DNA of 64,000 nucleotides from Trichoplax sp. H2 (Eukaryota): NCBI GenBank assembly GCA_003344405.1, contig NOWV01000176.1, positions 62,001 to 126,000 of the forward strand, read 5' to 3'. Shown piece by piece: positions 26,444 to 47,500 of this stretch (position 1 is its first letter; each line of letters starts with the position of its first letter). The notes under the pieces were generated by a model. It saw only the letters and a program-made list of their open reading frames with translations, ran no database searches and was not told where the DNA came from. The position numbers and the translations under genes were made by a program.

Positions 26444-34475
<8,032 letters not shown>

Positions 34476-35815
34476 AAAGAAAGCAATTTACGTGCATGCC
34501 GTTCGATGCATTAATAAGCTATAGACGACACAGTAGCACTTCCTTACTGTGTAGAAGCAGCAAATGACAATGTCATTGATATGTTTGTTACTTTATGATA
34601 TGATAAGGACATACTCAATTACGTTTAGAAATTTCTGGCTGACCAACGAAAGAAATGCGTCAATAATGTATACGTTATTCATTCTAATATATTTATTAAT
34701 TATGTTTGGGATACAAGCTTTGTTAATTATTTAATTACTAAAAATCTGTTATCCATATTGTGTAATTTCCTATTGGTATATGTAACATGTCGCTTTGTCA
34801 TGGAAGATCGAATTACCTGATGTTTGAGAATTGCTTGTAGTATTGATTGATTATGTTAGGTTTCGTGGCTCATGATTTTCTGGACCGGTGTACTATTGCA
34901 TAGTAGATCGCTTATTTCTGTGCTTTTGATACTAATTGTACCATACGTACCTTGCTGTTACTAGATCCTGCTAAAGCTAAATTAATAAGCTAAGAATCAT
35001 TTTGCCGTTTCTGTTTGAAACATTAGTAATTAAAACTGAATGCTAGCTTTTTCCTTCACGGTATATAATTTTAACGGAATTTTACGTAGTCTGTAACTCT
35101 TTGTCAATGTAATATGCATAGTTAAATGTTGACAGGATCGAATTCTAAGTTATCTAAACAAATAAAATTATTTAATGAATATTCTCTTTCGATCATTAAG
35201 AATAGCTACGTGAAATGAACTTGCAGTTGTTTTTCAAAACGTGCTGGGCCAGGGACAACTAAACCCTCTTGTCCCACTTAATTTTACAGGGAAATTGGAA
35301 TGCTAGCGATGCAATGTAGTAGTCAGTATTGAGTGAATTTGCATCGTTTTAGGAGGTGGAGGGTTTGGTAGCCCTGACTAGACTCGCTACTTAGTAGTTT
35401 ACGTTGCCGAAGCACGTGCTTCTTTCCATTTACTACTGTCTACAGCAAAGGATGAAACATTTTGCAAAAGATAAAACAATTTATTTATGTAAATCATTAT
35501 ACTAACACCTATAGTCTTGAAGTACTGAATATAAACTTATAAACTTTGAAGATAAACAAAACATATACATTATGAAATAGAGGATTATTACTAATAATTA
35601 TAATTTATAATTAAGCTAACCAGAATAATCTTATACGTTGTGGCGAATTAATCAATATACAGTAATATAATGATTAATATTAGAAGACTACGCATTTATA
35701 AACAAAAGTTCGTTATCTACTGTACTGTATATGTGTATTTTACATATATTATATACTATATAAAACAACAATTGGCAGGATGCTTTACTATAAAGCGTAC
35801 GAAATAAATTTGCTA

Positions 35816-38188
35816 TTAATCGCTGAAATTATCTGCAGAATTGTTGCCGTCGACGCTTCCAAAGTCATCTTCGTCTCGTACACCACCATCAGGGGCTGGA
35901 TCATCCGGTGAAAAACTGAATGAATTTATAAAAAAAAATAGGGAATTTATATAAGAAACTACTCAGCAGCGACTGTAATACGTTAAAGTACAATATGCTT
36001 TTTATAACTGTATACTGCATAGGTTCGTAAAAGTAATTTGTCAATATAAAAGTACTTCAGCAAAAATAAGTATAATTTGTCATACTCTAGCATTGCAGGA
36101 TCCAATCCTTCTACCGTCATTTTTAATTTGATTGCTTGATTTGGTATGCCAACACGTAACATACTGAAAAACTTTTTATACCGGGCATCATCTTTAAGTG
36201 CGATAAAGTCCCCTGCTTATATAATATAATAAATAATACAAATTTATACTCACACCAGTTCCAAAATAACTAATTATTAAAATTAAAGTAACTTCGTGAT
36301 AGGTCAGCTTTTGCTTATGAAAGCATCAGTATTATTGATGCATCTAAGTAATTGAACGTTATTGCATTAAAATGTAATTTCTAACTGGTATAATATACGT
36401 ATTGTAAATTAAGATAGACCACCACTAACTAGGTACTCTTTCGGCAGGTGGAATTTTCGCGACTATAATGCATAGGGCAAGGAAAGGGTTAATTAGCAAA
36501 ATTAATAATGGAATTGATATGGCAAAGATAGCCGTACATGATTATTTATTGTAGTACTAACGGCTATAAGATATACCATTATGCTATTTCCTACCTTCAG
36601 ATTGTTGAATGTTATCTTGTTGTAGGCCTTCGGTAGCCTTAACAATAATGTATCGTACATCATTAATGAATGCGCATACGTATTGATCAAATATCACATG
36701 TTGCTAATACTAGCGCAGCACATCAAACTTGACTAATGTACAATTGATATTACTTTTAAGCTGTAACACGAATTACTACAAAGATATTACCGTAGATTGC
36801 TGTTGCTGTATCGTAGATTGCTGTTGCTGTACCGTAGATTGCTGTTGCTGTACCGTCGGTTGATCCTGAGAATCTGCAGTCACATTTTCTAAGCCTGGCA
36901 CGGACGATAACTGATCATATAGATAACAGCACACCATTATTAACATTGGAGAAAGCTTTTAATTCAATAATATTGTAAAGTTATTCTATTGTCAGTCACG
37001 CAACAATCTGGTATTTTCAGTAGATATTACTTGCACAGTTTACTACAGTAATTAAAAGTTCACATCTTTTCAATTGATGATTAAGTTAGAATGTTGCTAA
37101 TACGGGTTAAGCGCCCATTTATGGTATATTCTACATCGATCATATCGAAACGTGTAACAATGAACAGATAATTTTCTATTTGTGGTAAGGCTGAATCAAA
37201 AATGGGGAAACTTGTGGCCCCACATGTACTGCAAATATAGCATATCAACATCAGCTGTACTGATTAAACATTGCAGTACAATTGAGAATCAACCTCGCGA
37301 TAACCGTATCTGAGGATTACATACTGTAACGGAATATGTCCATATTGACTACATAACAATAGTATAGTAAAGCCTTACATAGTTATTGAGCTAATCAATA
37401 TTTATCAATCAGTCACTTACTTTTGCTTCTAAAACTGCCATGGCTACTTCGAGCTTTTGCAATCGCGTGGTAACTTCCTCTAACCTCTGTTAATTATGGA
37501 GATGATTTTACTGACTTGAAATTATTACGATTACGAATGGAATATATATGCTTTGCACGTAATATTAGAAATAGGACTACATACCTCTTCATTCACAGAA
37601 GAAAAGCGATTCACAAAATTGACCGTATAAGTAATGTAATAATTGATATAAGCCAGTAATTTTTTACTATTGATGGGTTTGATCTGCAACAGAAATGGTG
37701 AGAAAAGTAGAATAAGTTGATCAGTACTGATGTATCTATACGGCTAATTGAATTCATTTGATATGACGATTTATACAGTCAATTAGGCATTAATGACAGT
37801 CATTTGAAGGTAGATAAAAGTTAGTTATCCTATCAAACACATTTGTAAAGCATTATTTCTCGCTTCAATTAGTAATTATTGAAATTTATCGCCAAGAGGA
37901 ATTCTTCTCTTTCATCGTCTGTTCATCATCCTCGCCTCCTCTTAACGACAACAAGCTCAAGTTTCAATTTAAACTCCACCATCGATCGATGTAGTTTCCT
38001 CAAACTTCATACAGATCAATATCTAGCGGTAATAAGCTGTATGCAAAGTCTTGACCATCACCATCATATCATCAAGGAACTTTCATTTCCTTCATTTTCA
38101 ATGCAATATACCATGCCGTTAAAAAGTGAAAACTTACTTTCTGTAAATCTGTATCGGAAGCCAAGGCAGGAATTCCATCGATCTCCAT
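35816..38188 (-). CDS. WASHC3: WASH complex subunit 3 (CCDC53), ~8 exons
   Basis: Spliced translation: MEIDGIPALASDTDLQK / IKPINSKKLLAYINYYITYTVNFVNRFSSVNEE / RLEEVTTRLQKLEVAMAVLEAK / LSSVPGLENVT... / ...KDDARYKKFFSMLRVGIPNQAIKLKMTVEGLDPAML / ...PDDPAPDGG...DNFSD*. This matches recalled CCDC53 motifs (AKLSSIPGL, KDPRY..M..VGVP..AI..KM..EGLDP). The small middle exons (~36440-36640) are less certain. Confidence 0.92.
36791..36856 (-). repeat. In-frame 21-bp coding tandem repeat x3 (T[V/I]QQQQS) in the WASHC3 linker
   Basis: CGTAGATTGCTGTTGCTGTA(T/C) is repeated three times at the 3' end of an exon. Confidence 0.9.
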
Positions 38189-38291
38189 GATTTGAAACTA
38201 ATTTAGAAGCTACCCAATCCAGATTTCAAATATTTAATGTCCACTTGTGCGGCGATGCCCAGAATTCGTTTGGCCGATGGAGGAGTTTTGA

Positions 38292-38309
38292 CCAATGACA
38301 TCACGTGAT
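38292..38309. promoter_or_regulatory. CCAAT box plus palindromic ATCACGTGAT E-box (CLEAR-like) in the WASHC3/BORCS5 divergent region
   Basis: CCAATGACATCACGTGAT lies about 110 bp upstream of the WASHC3 ATG. Confidence 0.45.
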
Positions 38310-39623
38310 AGGCATGATCTGCCACTTAATAGTCTTGTAGTTTCTATGAACATTCAAAACCTTTTACTGATACAGTATAGAGAAAATAATGGTGAATCGG
38401 TAGCTTTACTACCGCTATAGCCGGCTAGTTTGTGACATCATTTGTTGCAATATACCTGGAGTGAATTTAGTGATGGTACCGATTCACTAGCTCATAACTT
38501 ATACATTCTCATGTAAAATTATAGCTGTCATGACCGAACACTGTTCTATGCTACAGTGTACAGTACTGTACTGTACTGTACACTGTGTGTATTGTACTGT
38601 ACTGTAGCCTAGGACCGTAGAGATGAGGCCAAAATATGGAAGCTACTTGCTTATTAGTACGAATCTTCCGAGTTGATTTTCTTAATTAAGCATTCTACTT
38701 ATTGAAAATCATGGATGATGTTATAGGACTACTTTCAAGCAGAACTCGGTAAAATAGAATAGAATTCAAGTATAATATTACTCCATTGAATGACATGATA
38801 ATAACAAATAGAAGAGTCCAGTGCGAAGAACAGTCTTGGCCATCCAGTGGTCCGTAACCAGTACCAGTGTAGTGAGTGTACTGTACTGTATCATAGTCTG
38901 TATGGACTACTTGAAGCAGGCATGGACCAATCTCTCTTGGACGGACAGACCTTTAGGAGATCAAAATATCATAATATAACAGTACAGTATAGGAAATCCT
39001 CGATATGACAGTACTTTAGTATGCAGACGGTCGATTTTAAATGGACTGAGATTTTTTCTAAATTCAATAAAATATCACGTTGAATCTTATTATCTGCTAG
39101 TAAGTTCCACTTGGACACAGTTATACAAGATGGTCGGTGTTACTGAAATTGGTACCCGTGATTTAGAAAATAGACACGGAAGATCCACACTTGGTCACTC
39201 TTTTTCGTTATTGGCCGTGAACAGGTAGAGCCTTTCGTGGCTACGAAAAGTCCGTCTGTCTGGAACTGCAAGTCCATGATAGATTGTACACTGTACGGTG
39301 GTAGAGCTACCGTACAGTTAAATTGACCATCAAATGAGTTAGTCTGCTCTTTTGACTCCACTGACTTGGGACTGATCGCCTATTTTCCGTCCCTCTCTCT
39401 TTCTGTTTCGAGCTCGGACTGACAGACAGCCACAGGATCAAAGTTCCACCCAAGTTTGACTACTCGATTTCAACACCTTGCCAACACAACGCATCCCAGA
39501 CTTGACCAGTTGCTATTCGCCATGATGGACAAATGCTATCGTCTTCCATCATCATTCTCTACGAGTACGGGAAGTTTACTATCATCGAGTGATTGAATTA
39601 TTAACGATTGATTATCGTTGGAG

Positions 39624-40187
39624 ATGGGTCAACAGATATCAAGCGATAGCCCCAGTAGGCAAGGCAAAGGAACGAGTTATCAAGATTCGTATGCCCAAGC
39701 CAATACCATGATCACCGTCAATGACGGCTCTCCAGCAAGAATGTTAGTCAAGAAGCATATTCAAGAAGATGAAGACTTTAAAGCCTTACAAAAACTACCT
39801 AAATTTTCCCCTTTAATGAGAGGCTCTCTCAATTTACCGGTTATGCGAGATTCTGGATTCCTTAGCAAGATGGAAAGCAAGCATGTTATCAGTTATGTTA
39901 ATCGCTATGAGGAACATTTAAGATTATGTAGCCAAATGATAACCAATGATCAAGTTATGCTAGCTAGTCGAATGAAAGAAATTGATTATTTAATGGATTT
40001 AGTGCACAATAAAGTGGCTGAAAGGCAACAAAAGTTAAATCATTTCGCAGTTTGTGCTAGGACGATCCAAACCATCGAAAGCGATATTCAAAGGATCCAA
40101 AAAAATTTAGAAGATTCCACCACTTTAGCCGAGCAATTTAATGACCTACTACCTGAAGGACATAAATTGGAACCTTTATCACGCTAA
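39624..40187 (+). CDS. BORCS5: BLOC-1-related complex subunit 5 (myrlysin/LOH12CR1), intronless CDS, 187 aa
   Basis: MGQQIS start (Gly2/Ser6 myristoylation pattern). DEDFKALQKLPKFSPLMRG, RYEEHLRLC..DQ..L..RMKE.D, ERQ and FNDLLPEGHKLEP align with recalled BORCS5 motifs. The true ATG is 39624; the track used an upstream TTG. Confidence 0.9.
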   Translation: MGQQISSDSPSRQGKGTSYQDSYAQANTMITVNDGSPARMLVKKHIQEDEDFKALQKLPKFSPLMRGSLNLPVMRDSGFLSKMESKHVISYVNRYEEHLRLCSQMITNDQVMLASRMKEIDYLMDLVHNKVAERQQKLNHFAVCARTIQTIESDIQRIQKNLEDSTTLAEQFNDLLPEGHKLEPLSR

Positions 40188-43100
40188 CTTGATAGAATTG
40201 CTATACGATGCATACAGTACATTACAAAGCGGTCAATATCCCCCTAGTAATGAATTGCATCCGGATAGGACACCTTGCTGGTAGCGTAAACCATCTTAAA
40301 CGAAAAGCCAAACTACTGAGCAACTGTTTATGTCGACGAGGAAGCATCAATGATCACAACTTGTTTAAAATCGGACTCGAAGTCGCTTACAATAGCATCA
40401 TCGTTGGTGCATAGATACAGTGCTAAAGGGCTGTCAGTAGCGCTTGAAAAACCATCATACTGTACAATTATTAACTACCTATTCAAAATTCCAAACATGT
40501 CAGAAATGGAATTCAATGGGTTCAATCAAGATATTACAATCCTTTTTAAACCATCAATGCAATGCAAAGCAATCGTGCATGGCAATAAAGTTCACGCAAC
40601 AAGCACCTATTCCAGATGGAATAGAATACATGTAGTCAGAATAGTTTTATACGACTCATTGTTGAAGAACGACTTAGAAAAGAAATAGTGGAAATATTGC
40701 AATATCGTCATTCTAATGCCAATAGGATTGTTGATGCAACCTCAACGACAGCAACTATCATTGATTTGATCATGGCAATGATAATTGAATGCAAAAGCTC
40801 TTACTCTGTAGAAGTTAATAGCCATTGACTGTCATGATATCATATATCATTCATTATCTCTACATGTAGAAATGAAATTGGATTGTTTTCCAACTGCCAT
40901 GGTAGTCTTTATTGTATATAATGTATAATATACCTTGTATTTTCTTACACTGTAAATACTCAATCAGTAAGCACTCTACACAATTAGAATATTACTCTAC
41001 TGCAGAAGAACGACTGCTTTGAACATTGTTTATAATACACCTACTAGTTACTTTTGCAGCTTCTCTATAATATAGTATACAAATAGTAACAGTAAGAAAA
41101 TACGGTATTCTTCAGATTTTCAGATAGAGCTTTATAGAACATATGAAACGCGAACATTAAATTTACTGTTATAGTAATGTACTCTAAACAAAGTCATCGC
41201 GATACTATCCCATAGTGTTGGACTGGTCGTAATAAAATTATTTTCAATCCAATCTTACCCCGGCCTTTATTTTATATATTGTTTACAGGTCTGAAATACT
41301 AACTTGTTTTCGTTCTAATCAATCCTACATGGATACTTTTCAGGTGGCCGTATCTTCAGATTAAATCTACTTGCTCTAAGATTGAAATGAAAGTAATGTC
41401 TTTGGTCAATAAATAGTTAAAGCATGCTTCTATCTATCCAATATTGGTTACTAATTTAGATTGTAAATTAATCATATAAAGTATCTAGCTAATTACGTAG
41501 CCACAATCATTGCCATACATACGGCAGAGTTGGCGCTTACAACAGACATTGCTGCTAGAAATGACCCAGATACCAAAATCGCATCTATAGTCTTCAAGCT
41601 TTAAAATAACCGAAAAATGAGTTGGTAGTAAACTAGTACATATGTAATGAGCTACGTTCTCACTTTATCTCTGCTTTTCAATAATAACTGGAACTAGCAT
41701 CTACCCTTAAATCTCCGTTACTTTGCTATATTGCAATGCATAAAATAGATTTGAGTCCTTTCGAATATCCATGAGCCTCGCTATAAAACTGTACTTCTAT
41801 ATTTAATATCAATCTTTAATAAACAATCAGTTGGTTATTGTGTGCACTTGGACAACAATAAGTTTTAATTCATTTTTTACTATATTAGGATGAATTGCGT
41901 GTATAAAGTACCCAACTAATTTTATGATCAGTGTTAAAGCCATCAGTAAAGTATTCCCTAATAAGGGATAGATGTCGACTAGACCAATGCATTCGAGTTT
42001 CCTCATTCAAGATTTTGGATAAATACTAGCATAATTTCCTTTTGAAAGAATATAGCGAGTATGTAAATCTTTATCCAACTAGTGGCAATCAGTAAAGCCT
42101 ATGATATATTACAGACTGATGTTACATCAACAAATCAACTGCTAGCAGTAAATTAAGTTGGTCAAGTTAATGTCTTATTTCCTCTCTATTATTATGATTA
42201 ATTATGTAGCACTAATAAAAGAAATATCAAGGTTACGCCAGATTGAATGGGAGGTCACTACATTATTATTTAATATTTCAATATTGAAATCTTCGTTGGC
42301 TGCTTAGCAAAATATTCGTTAACATATGAAAGCAGAATATTGCAGTACAATAAGACTGATAATTATACTATATTATCAAAGTTTCGTTTCCTGAGTCTAT
42401 AATGCTTGATTGTTAGATGGTCGTATTTGTGGCAAAAATATTAATATAGCTATATTTATTAAATATATTAAATGATACCGATTTTATTATATTTGCGCTA
42501 TTCTTGTTTGTTTGAAGATCGATACTGAATTATGGCTTAACTATTGCATCAATAGAAGAAGTTGATAGCTATACTTAAATTTATCATTACAATATTTATT
42601 ATATTGCAATGAACTTTCGCTGCGTTTTGTTAGGACTTAGATGATATATTAAAACCCATAATACATAGATATGGATGAAAATTATGTCCTTTACAGTATC
42701 TGGAAATCTTTGCATAAATTTGATTTCGTAACTAGTGCTAACGAAAAGACTGCAAAGAAGTTCATTAAAATAATTATGTTAAAATTTGTTCTTGATATAC
42801 CCTAGACTTACCAGCAATAGCTAAATGCTGTTTCATGATTAGTCATGAATCACTGCATAAGTAATTTTCAATAAGTTTAGACCTATACGGTTAGCCAAAT
42901 TTAGATAATTAAATCTAATTGAAATCTTATCTAATCTGTCTGCAAATTTTTATTAATAATTTTCTTTTATTATACTTGTATTACGGACAAGTATTTTATT
43001 TTAAAATGCAGCACAGACGTTGGTCAATTTAAAATGATAAAATTATTCGATAGCAGAGTCCTTTATGATTAGTGTATTTATAATTTTGACTGCACTGTCA

Positions 43101-43356
43101 TAAATATAATCTAATTATACTAGACATGCTTATTACTTTAAATGGATATCTTTCTAATTATTGATGAAATCTTATTTATGAGCTTAATGTCAACTTTTTT
43201 TTAAATTACGTTCAACAACAAATGTCTAATATGAAATTTTTTCTTTTGTTAGCTATAATTTTTGTCTTCCATGCAAATGTTGGCCATTACCTGAATATCT
43301 GAAATTTTTAACGTCACTCTTTGAATAAAGAACCTATTTAAAATTCTGTACGACTC

Positions 43357-43365
43357 TATAAATAC
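43357..43365 (+). promoter_or_regulatory. Candidate TATA box for knottin-like gene A
   Basis: TATAAATAC lies ~350 bp upstream of the ATG and is followed by plausible short non-coding exons (acceptor TTTGCAG ~43543, donor GTAAAT ~43571). Confidence 0.45.
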
Positions 43366-43705
43366 CGTGATTGCTTCTCCTATCTCTAAACTAACTTGTC
43401 AAAGGTAAAATCCAAAGATCTTGTTGTCCATTCTAGAAGAAAGAAAAACGTACATATCTCGCGGCAAGTAAATTAAGATAAGATTAGCATTGAAAGTTAC
43501 CACATAAATTATATTATCTATCATAATATTTCGTTATTTGCAGCATTGGTACTGATAATATCGAAGACAAGTAAATAATTTTATGCAATATAGTAGCATC
43601 TTTATGAGCAGTACTAGCTATGGTGATATTTCAATACAGTACTGTACAGATGAAATATTTTTATGTCTACTTAGCTATCGCAACTTTGAATTCCTTACAA
43701 TAGTC

Positions 43706-44514
43706 ATGAAAAACCAAGTTGTCTTCCTCTGGGCTGTCGTATTTCTGGCTTGCTGTATGATATCAATTCAAGCAGCTAAACATAGTACCAATGATGAGTA
43801 CATGAAGGATATCGATCATCTCCAATACAATCATTTAGTGCATAAATGGGCAGGTTTAAAAGCAAAAAATCACCCTAGTCGCCATAATCATTTAGCGTTT
43901 GCAGAAGCTGACAAAACAGAAAAATACTATGCAAGAAGTAATGATAAATATCGTCGGGTAAGATTAACATCAAACACAGTAAAGATGTTAGCCTAGATTA
44001 CTCCATCATAATCTGCAGTAGCAGTCTTCATAACTGGTAAATTATATTTATGGAATGCATCTCTTGTTGATACTATAATTTTATTAGCTATAGCTTCCCC
44101 TCATAGAATCCCACAAGGGACTTATGTTGAGAGTTTCTTGCATGCGCAAATTGCCATACTTGTATATCTATAATTTATTAATATACCGAAATTTTATGAT
44201 ATAGTGCATGTATGGGACATATAAACACCATACTTCGCTATTAATCATCCTATATTTAATAATAAGCTCTTCTGATATTCGAATCTTGTATTAAAGAACA
44301 TGATAAAAATTATCTTGTAATTTTCTATAAATTAGAATTACGTAATAAATCAATATATTTAATCTCTTCTAATATTAATCACCTGTGAAAATTTCCTTTT
44401 CAGTGCTATTATCAGGGAGCATGTAACAGCCAAAGTAACCATTGCTGCATTGCCTGTGATGTCACTGTTGGTCAATGCTTAGCATCTCCACCAGATGTCG
44501 ATCCATTTCCATAA
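43706..44514 (+). CDS. Secreted prepropeptide A with C-terminal cystine-knot-like (C-C-CC-C-C) peptide; exons 43706-43957 and 44404-44514, 120 aa
   Basis: Signal peptide MKNQVVFLWAVVFLACCMISIQA, then a His-rich propeptide ending KYRR at the donor CGG|GTAAGA. After the acceptor TTTCCTTTTCAG the frame reads CYYQGACNSQSNHCCIACDVTVGQCLASPPDVDPFP*. Confidence 0.8.
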
Positions 44515-47500
44515 GAGAATCTACGTCAATATTAGCTGATTATAGTCAGAAATACGCCCATTCATACAATCAAATAGCAATTAATATTATGGATACTCCT
44601 AAATTACCCTTCCCTTCTATTCTATCTTGAGAATTTATTCTATAAAATTCATCAAATTTGATCATAATGCTTGACCAGGAAAATTATGAAATATTCAGCA
44701 ATAACGGTATTCTTAACGTATTCTCTATACATGATATTGTAGAAAAGTTGTAACTATTACAAATTTCTACGACAATAATTGTTAAATCTTGGATAGAATT
44801 TACAGTAACCATATATCTAGATACTCTTAATCGAATATAATAATTAGAGTATGATAATAACGACAGTATAATGAAGGATCTCCGCAATATATTATTCAGT
44901 TGATGCTTTTTCCGCCGATTATTTTCAGTATAATATATCTGCTGAAATACAGTTACTGCAAATCATTATGCAATGTAACTTAATGCAAACTAAACATCAT
45001 GCCGAAACAGAAATCTTGTCGGATTATAATCTTGAATTTATACTGATCAATATTTTATAGATTTAACTTGCTAATATAATATTACGTAGGTGATAACGAA
45101 AAAAAGTGAGGCGATGTAGTGGCAATAATAATTGAATAAACTTCTGCAACTTTGCAATTCAACATGTTGTGGGAATGAACATTGTGTTATAACAGAGAAC
45201 AAAGGATTTTAATTCTATCAAAAGTATTTTACTCTTTAATAATGATTTACGACTAGGCGACTGTTATAGTTAATAATCAGTACCATAATTTATTGCATAA
45301 ATCGAAGAAGCTTTACAGCTCATCAGTACCTTAGTGTCCCGTTCTTTATATTTGTCTTAGAGTTAAAAGTTAGCTAAATCGCCTGATTTTACCTCTAAAG
45401 AGATCAAACTTTTAATTTAACTGGATGTATATGCGAGAATTGGTTATTTTCTTCTTGTAACTTAATGAAATACTTATGCATGCAATAGATCACACTACCG
45501 TTCACTAGCAAAGATTCATATTGCTGCAATGGGATTGAAATATTTAACTTTTTTCTAAAAAATTTGGGATATCATTATCGTAGTAATTCTATTCTTTCCT
45601 ACATAATGCTGATTTAATCATCACCAACTGTGGTCATAATAATATACAAAAGTTATATGCAGACGTTTATTTCCGAATTTGCTTGCTATGAAACTAAACT
45701 CGTAATCTTGCAATAGCTAAAAAAATAAACTTTAAATCTATGCCATAAATCTTATGTAAGCCAATGGTAAATAAGCGTGTAATATGATCGCAATCGCCTA
45801 CCAACATAAAAATAACATGTCTATTGCAATGAAAATGTAAATAAAAGAGATCGATAGTGTAATAATAACATGCCTACAGTGTTTACAACTTGAAAATATC
45901 TTAAGATTACTTCTATCAGCTTAGCGGATAGAAAATATTTCGAAATATGAAGCCATTAATTAGTAAAGTGGATATTCAAAACAGCAATAGAAAGCCTGAT
46001 GTCGAAATAATTCAGTCTACGTCTTTAATTATTCAGCAACACGAGCATCACAAAGTGAAATAAGTTTAAGCTAAAGCTGTCATGAAGAGAGAGAAACTAA
46101 TCGATGTCATCTTCCAATATGTTTATTAGCCGTCAATATTTTTCAACATAAGTATAAAATTTTTATGGCCTTTGCTTTATCGAAAATAAATAAACGAGAA
46201 AATTATTTTAATTAACGGTTACATTAATAATTAATTATCTAATTTAGCTTCAAGAAATTGGTTGACATTAAGCTGTCTAAATTCATCATGATAAATTTCC
46301 TAATCATCACGCATGAGAACAAAAATATTTTGGATAGTCTAGACATCAGAATACAGCATTATGATTTGATAAAATTGACTACTAAAAAAACTACACCAGC
46401 CTAGTTGATCACATTTACATTTCTAATTCAATTACATATTAGCTCCAAAGAGGCATTTGAAATTGTTCAAAATACCGCAATGTATGTAGAATAGTTATCT
46501 AGACTGCGACTCATTAGGGGATATTTCAGTTTGTATTTCAGTTTTAGGAAGTCCATTTCATTTGTAATTCGATAATCCTAACCCCTAGATGTAAGTAATC
46601 ATATCTCCTTTAAGGTTATATATGATTTAATATTTGAATATTGTCGTTGTTAGCTATATAATATAATGCCAAATCATTTGATAAATAAAGGAAAAAATTT
46701 TCTAAATCTTGTAATATCGAACTCCACTTTAGCCGAAAACCTCGCTATGTTAGTCTACAAATGTATTTCAAATTTGATACAAGAAAATAATTCTCAAACA
46801 TTGGCTACTAATATTTAATGACCTTTGCGGTATTAGTAAATGATGAAATACTAATAACTAGAATGTTAGCATATGTCATTTCATAACACTGATGCTATTA
46901 ACAATTCTCCCAGCTCTAATCAAGATATCTTCCTTTATTATTAAAGTGAGATGGAGTTAACTAGATTCGGAGTGACATTTTGTCAAAAATACGAAGATGT
47001 AGAGCTTTGTTATCGAAACTTCGATGCCAAAAGCCGCAGTACATAATTAATATACGCATGTATAATTATATATCAAAAATTCGATTTCAAAATATTCCTG
47101 GTTTGACTTAAAGCCTTCATTGAAACGGCTAAAGCTTCAGTTTCTTTCTTAGATTTATTATTATTTGGCCAATAACTACAAAGAAAACAGCTAAAATATA
47201 TCATTAAGACTAGAAAAACTGGTATATACGGTATCACAATACAAATTCATGAAATAAATGTTATTGTAGAGATCTTACTCCAATTTGAAGTATTGCCCTT
47301 AGTGCTCTGCTCTTGGTAACAATTTCTCAGAATATATTAACGAAAAATCTCTCTTTTCTCTAAAGGAAAGGTTATTAATTTATTCTATTAGTTTATGGTG
47401 AATTCATGTCAATTTTCATCATTTTTTAACACATCGATTCTTTCTGCAACAGAGTAGGATACATTTGTAAGGATATACGAGCTTTAATTCATAAATGAGT

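Noticed and set aside
40208-40688. ORFs downstream of BORCS5
   Set aside because: No recognisable homology; probably 3' UTR.
43222-43302. Short ORF MSNMKFFLLLAIIFVFHANVGHYLNI resembling a signal peptide
   Set aside because: It stops after 26 aa, has no donor site, lies upstream of the candidate TATA box, and T-rich DNA readily gives such ORFs.
44107-44160. Possible middle exon of gene A reading NPTRDLC(TGA)EFLACANCHT, suggesting selenocysteine
   Set aside because: The available donor would be phase 1 while the next exon needs phase 0. No SECIS was recognised, and the direct 2-exon splice already gives a clean six-Cys peptide matching gene B.
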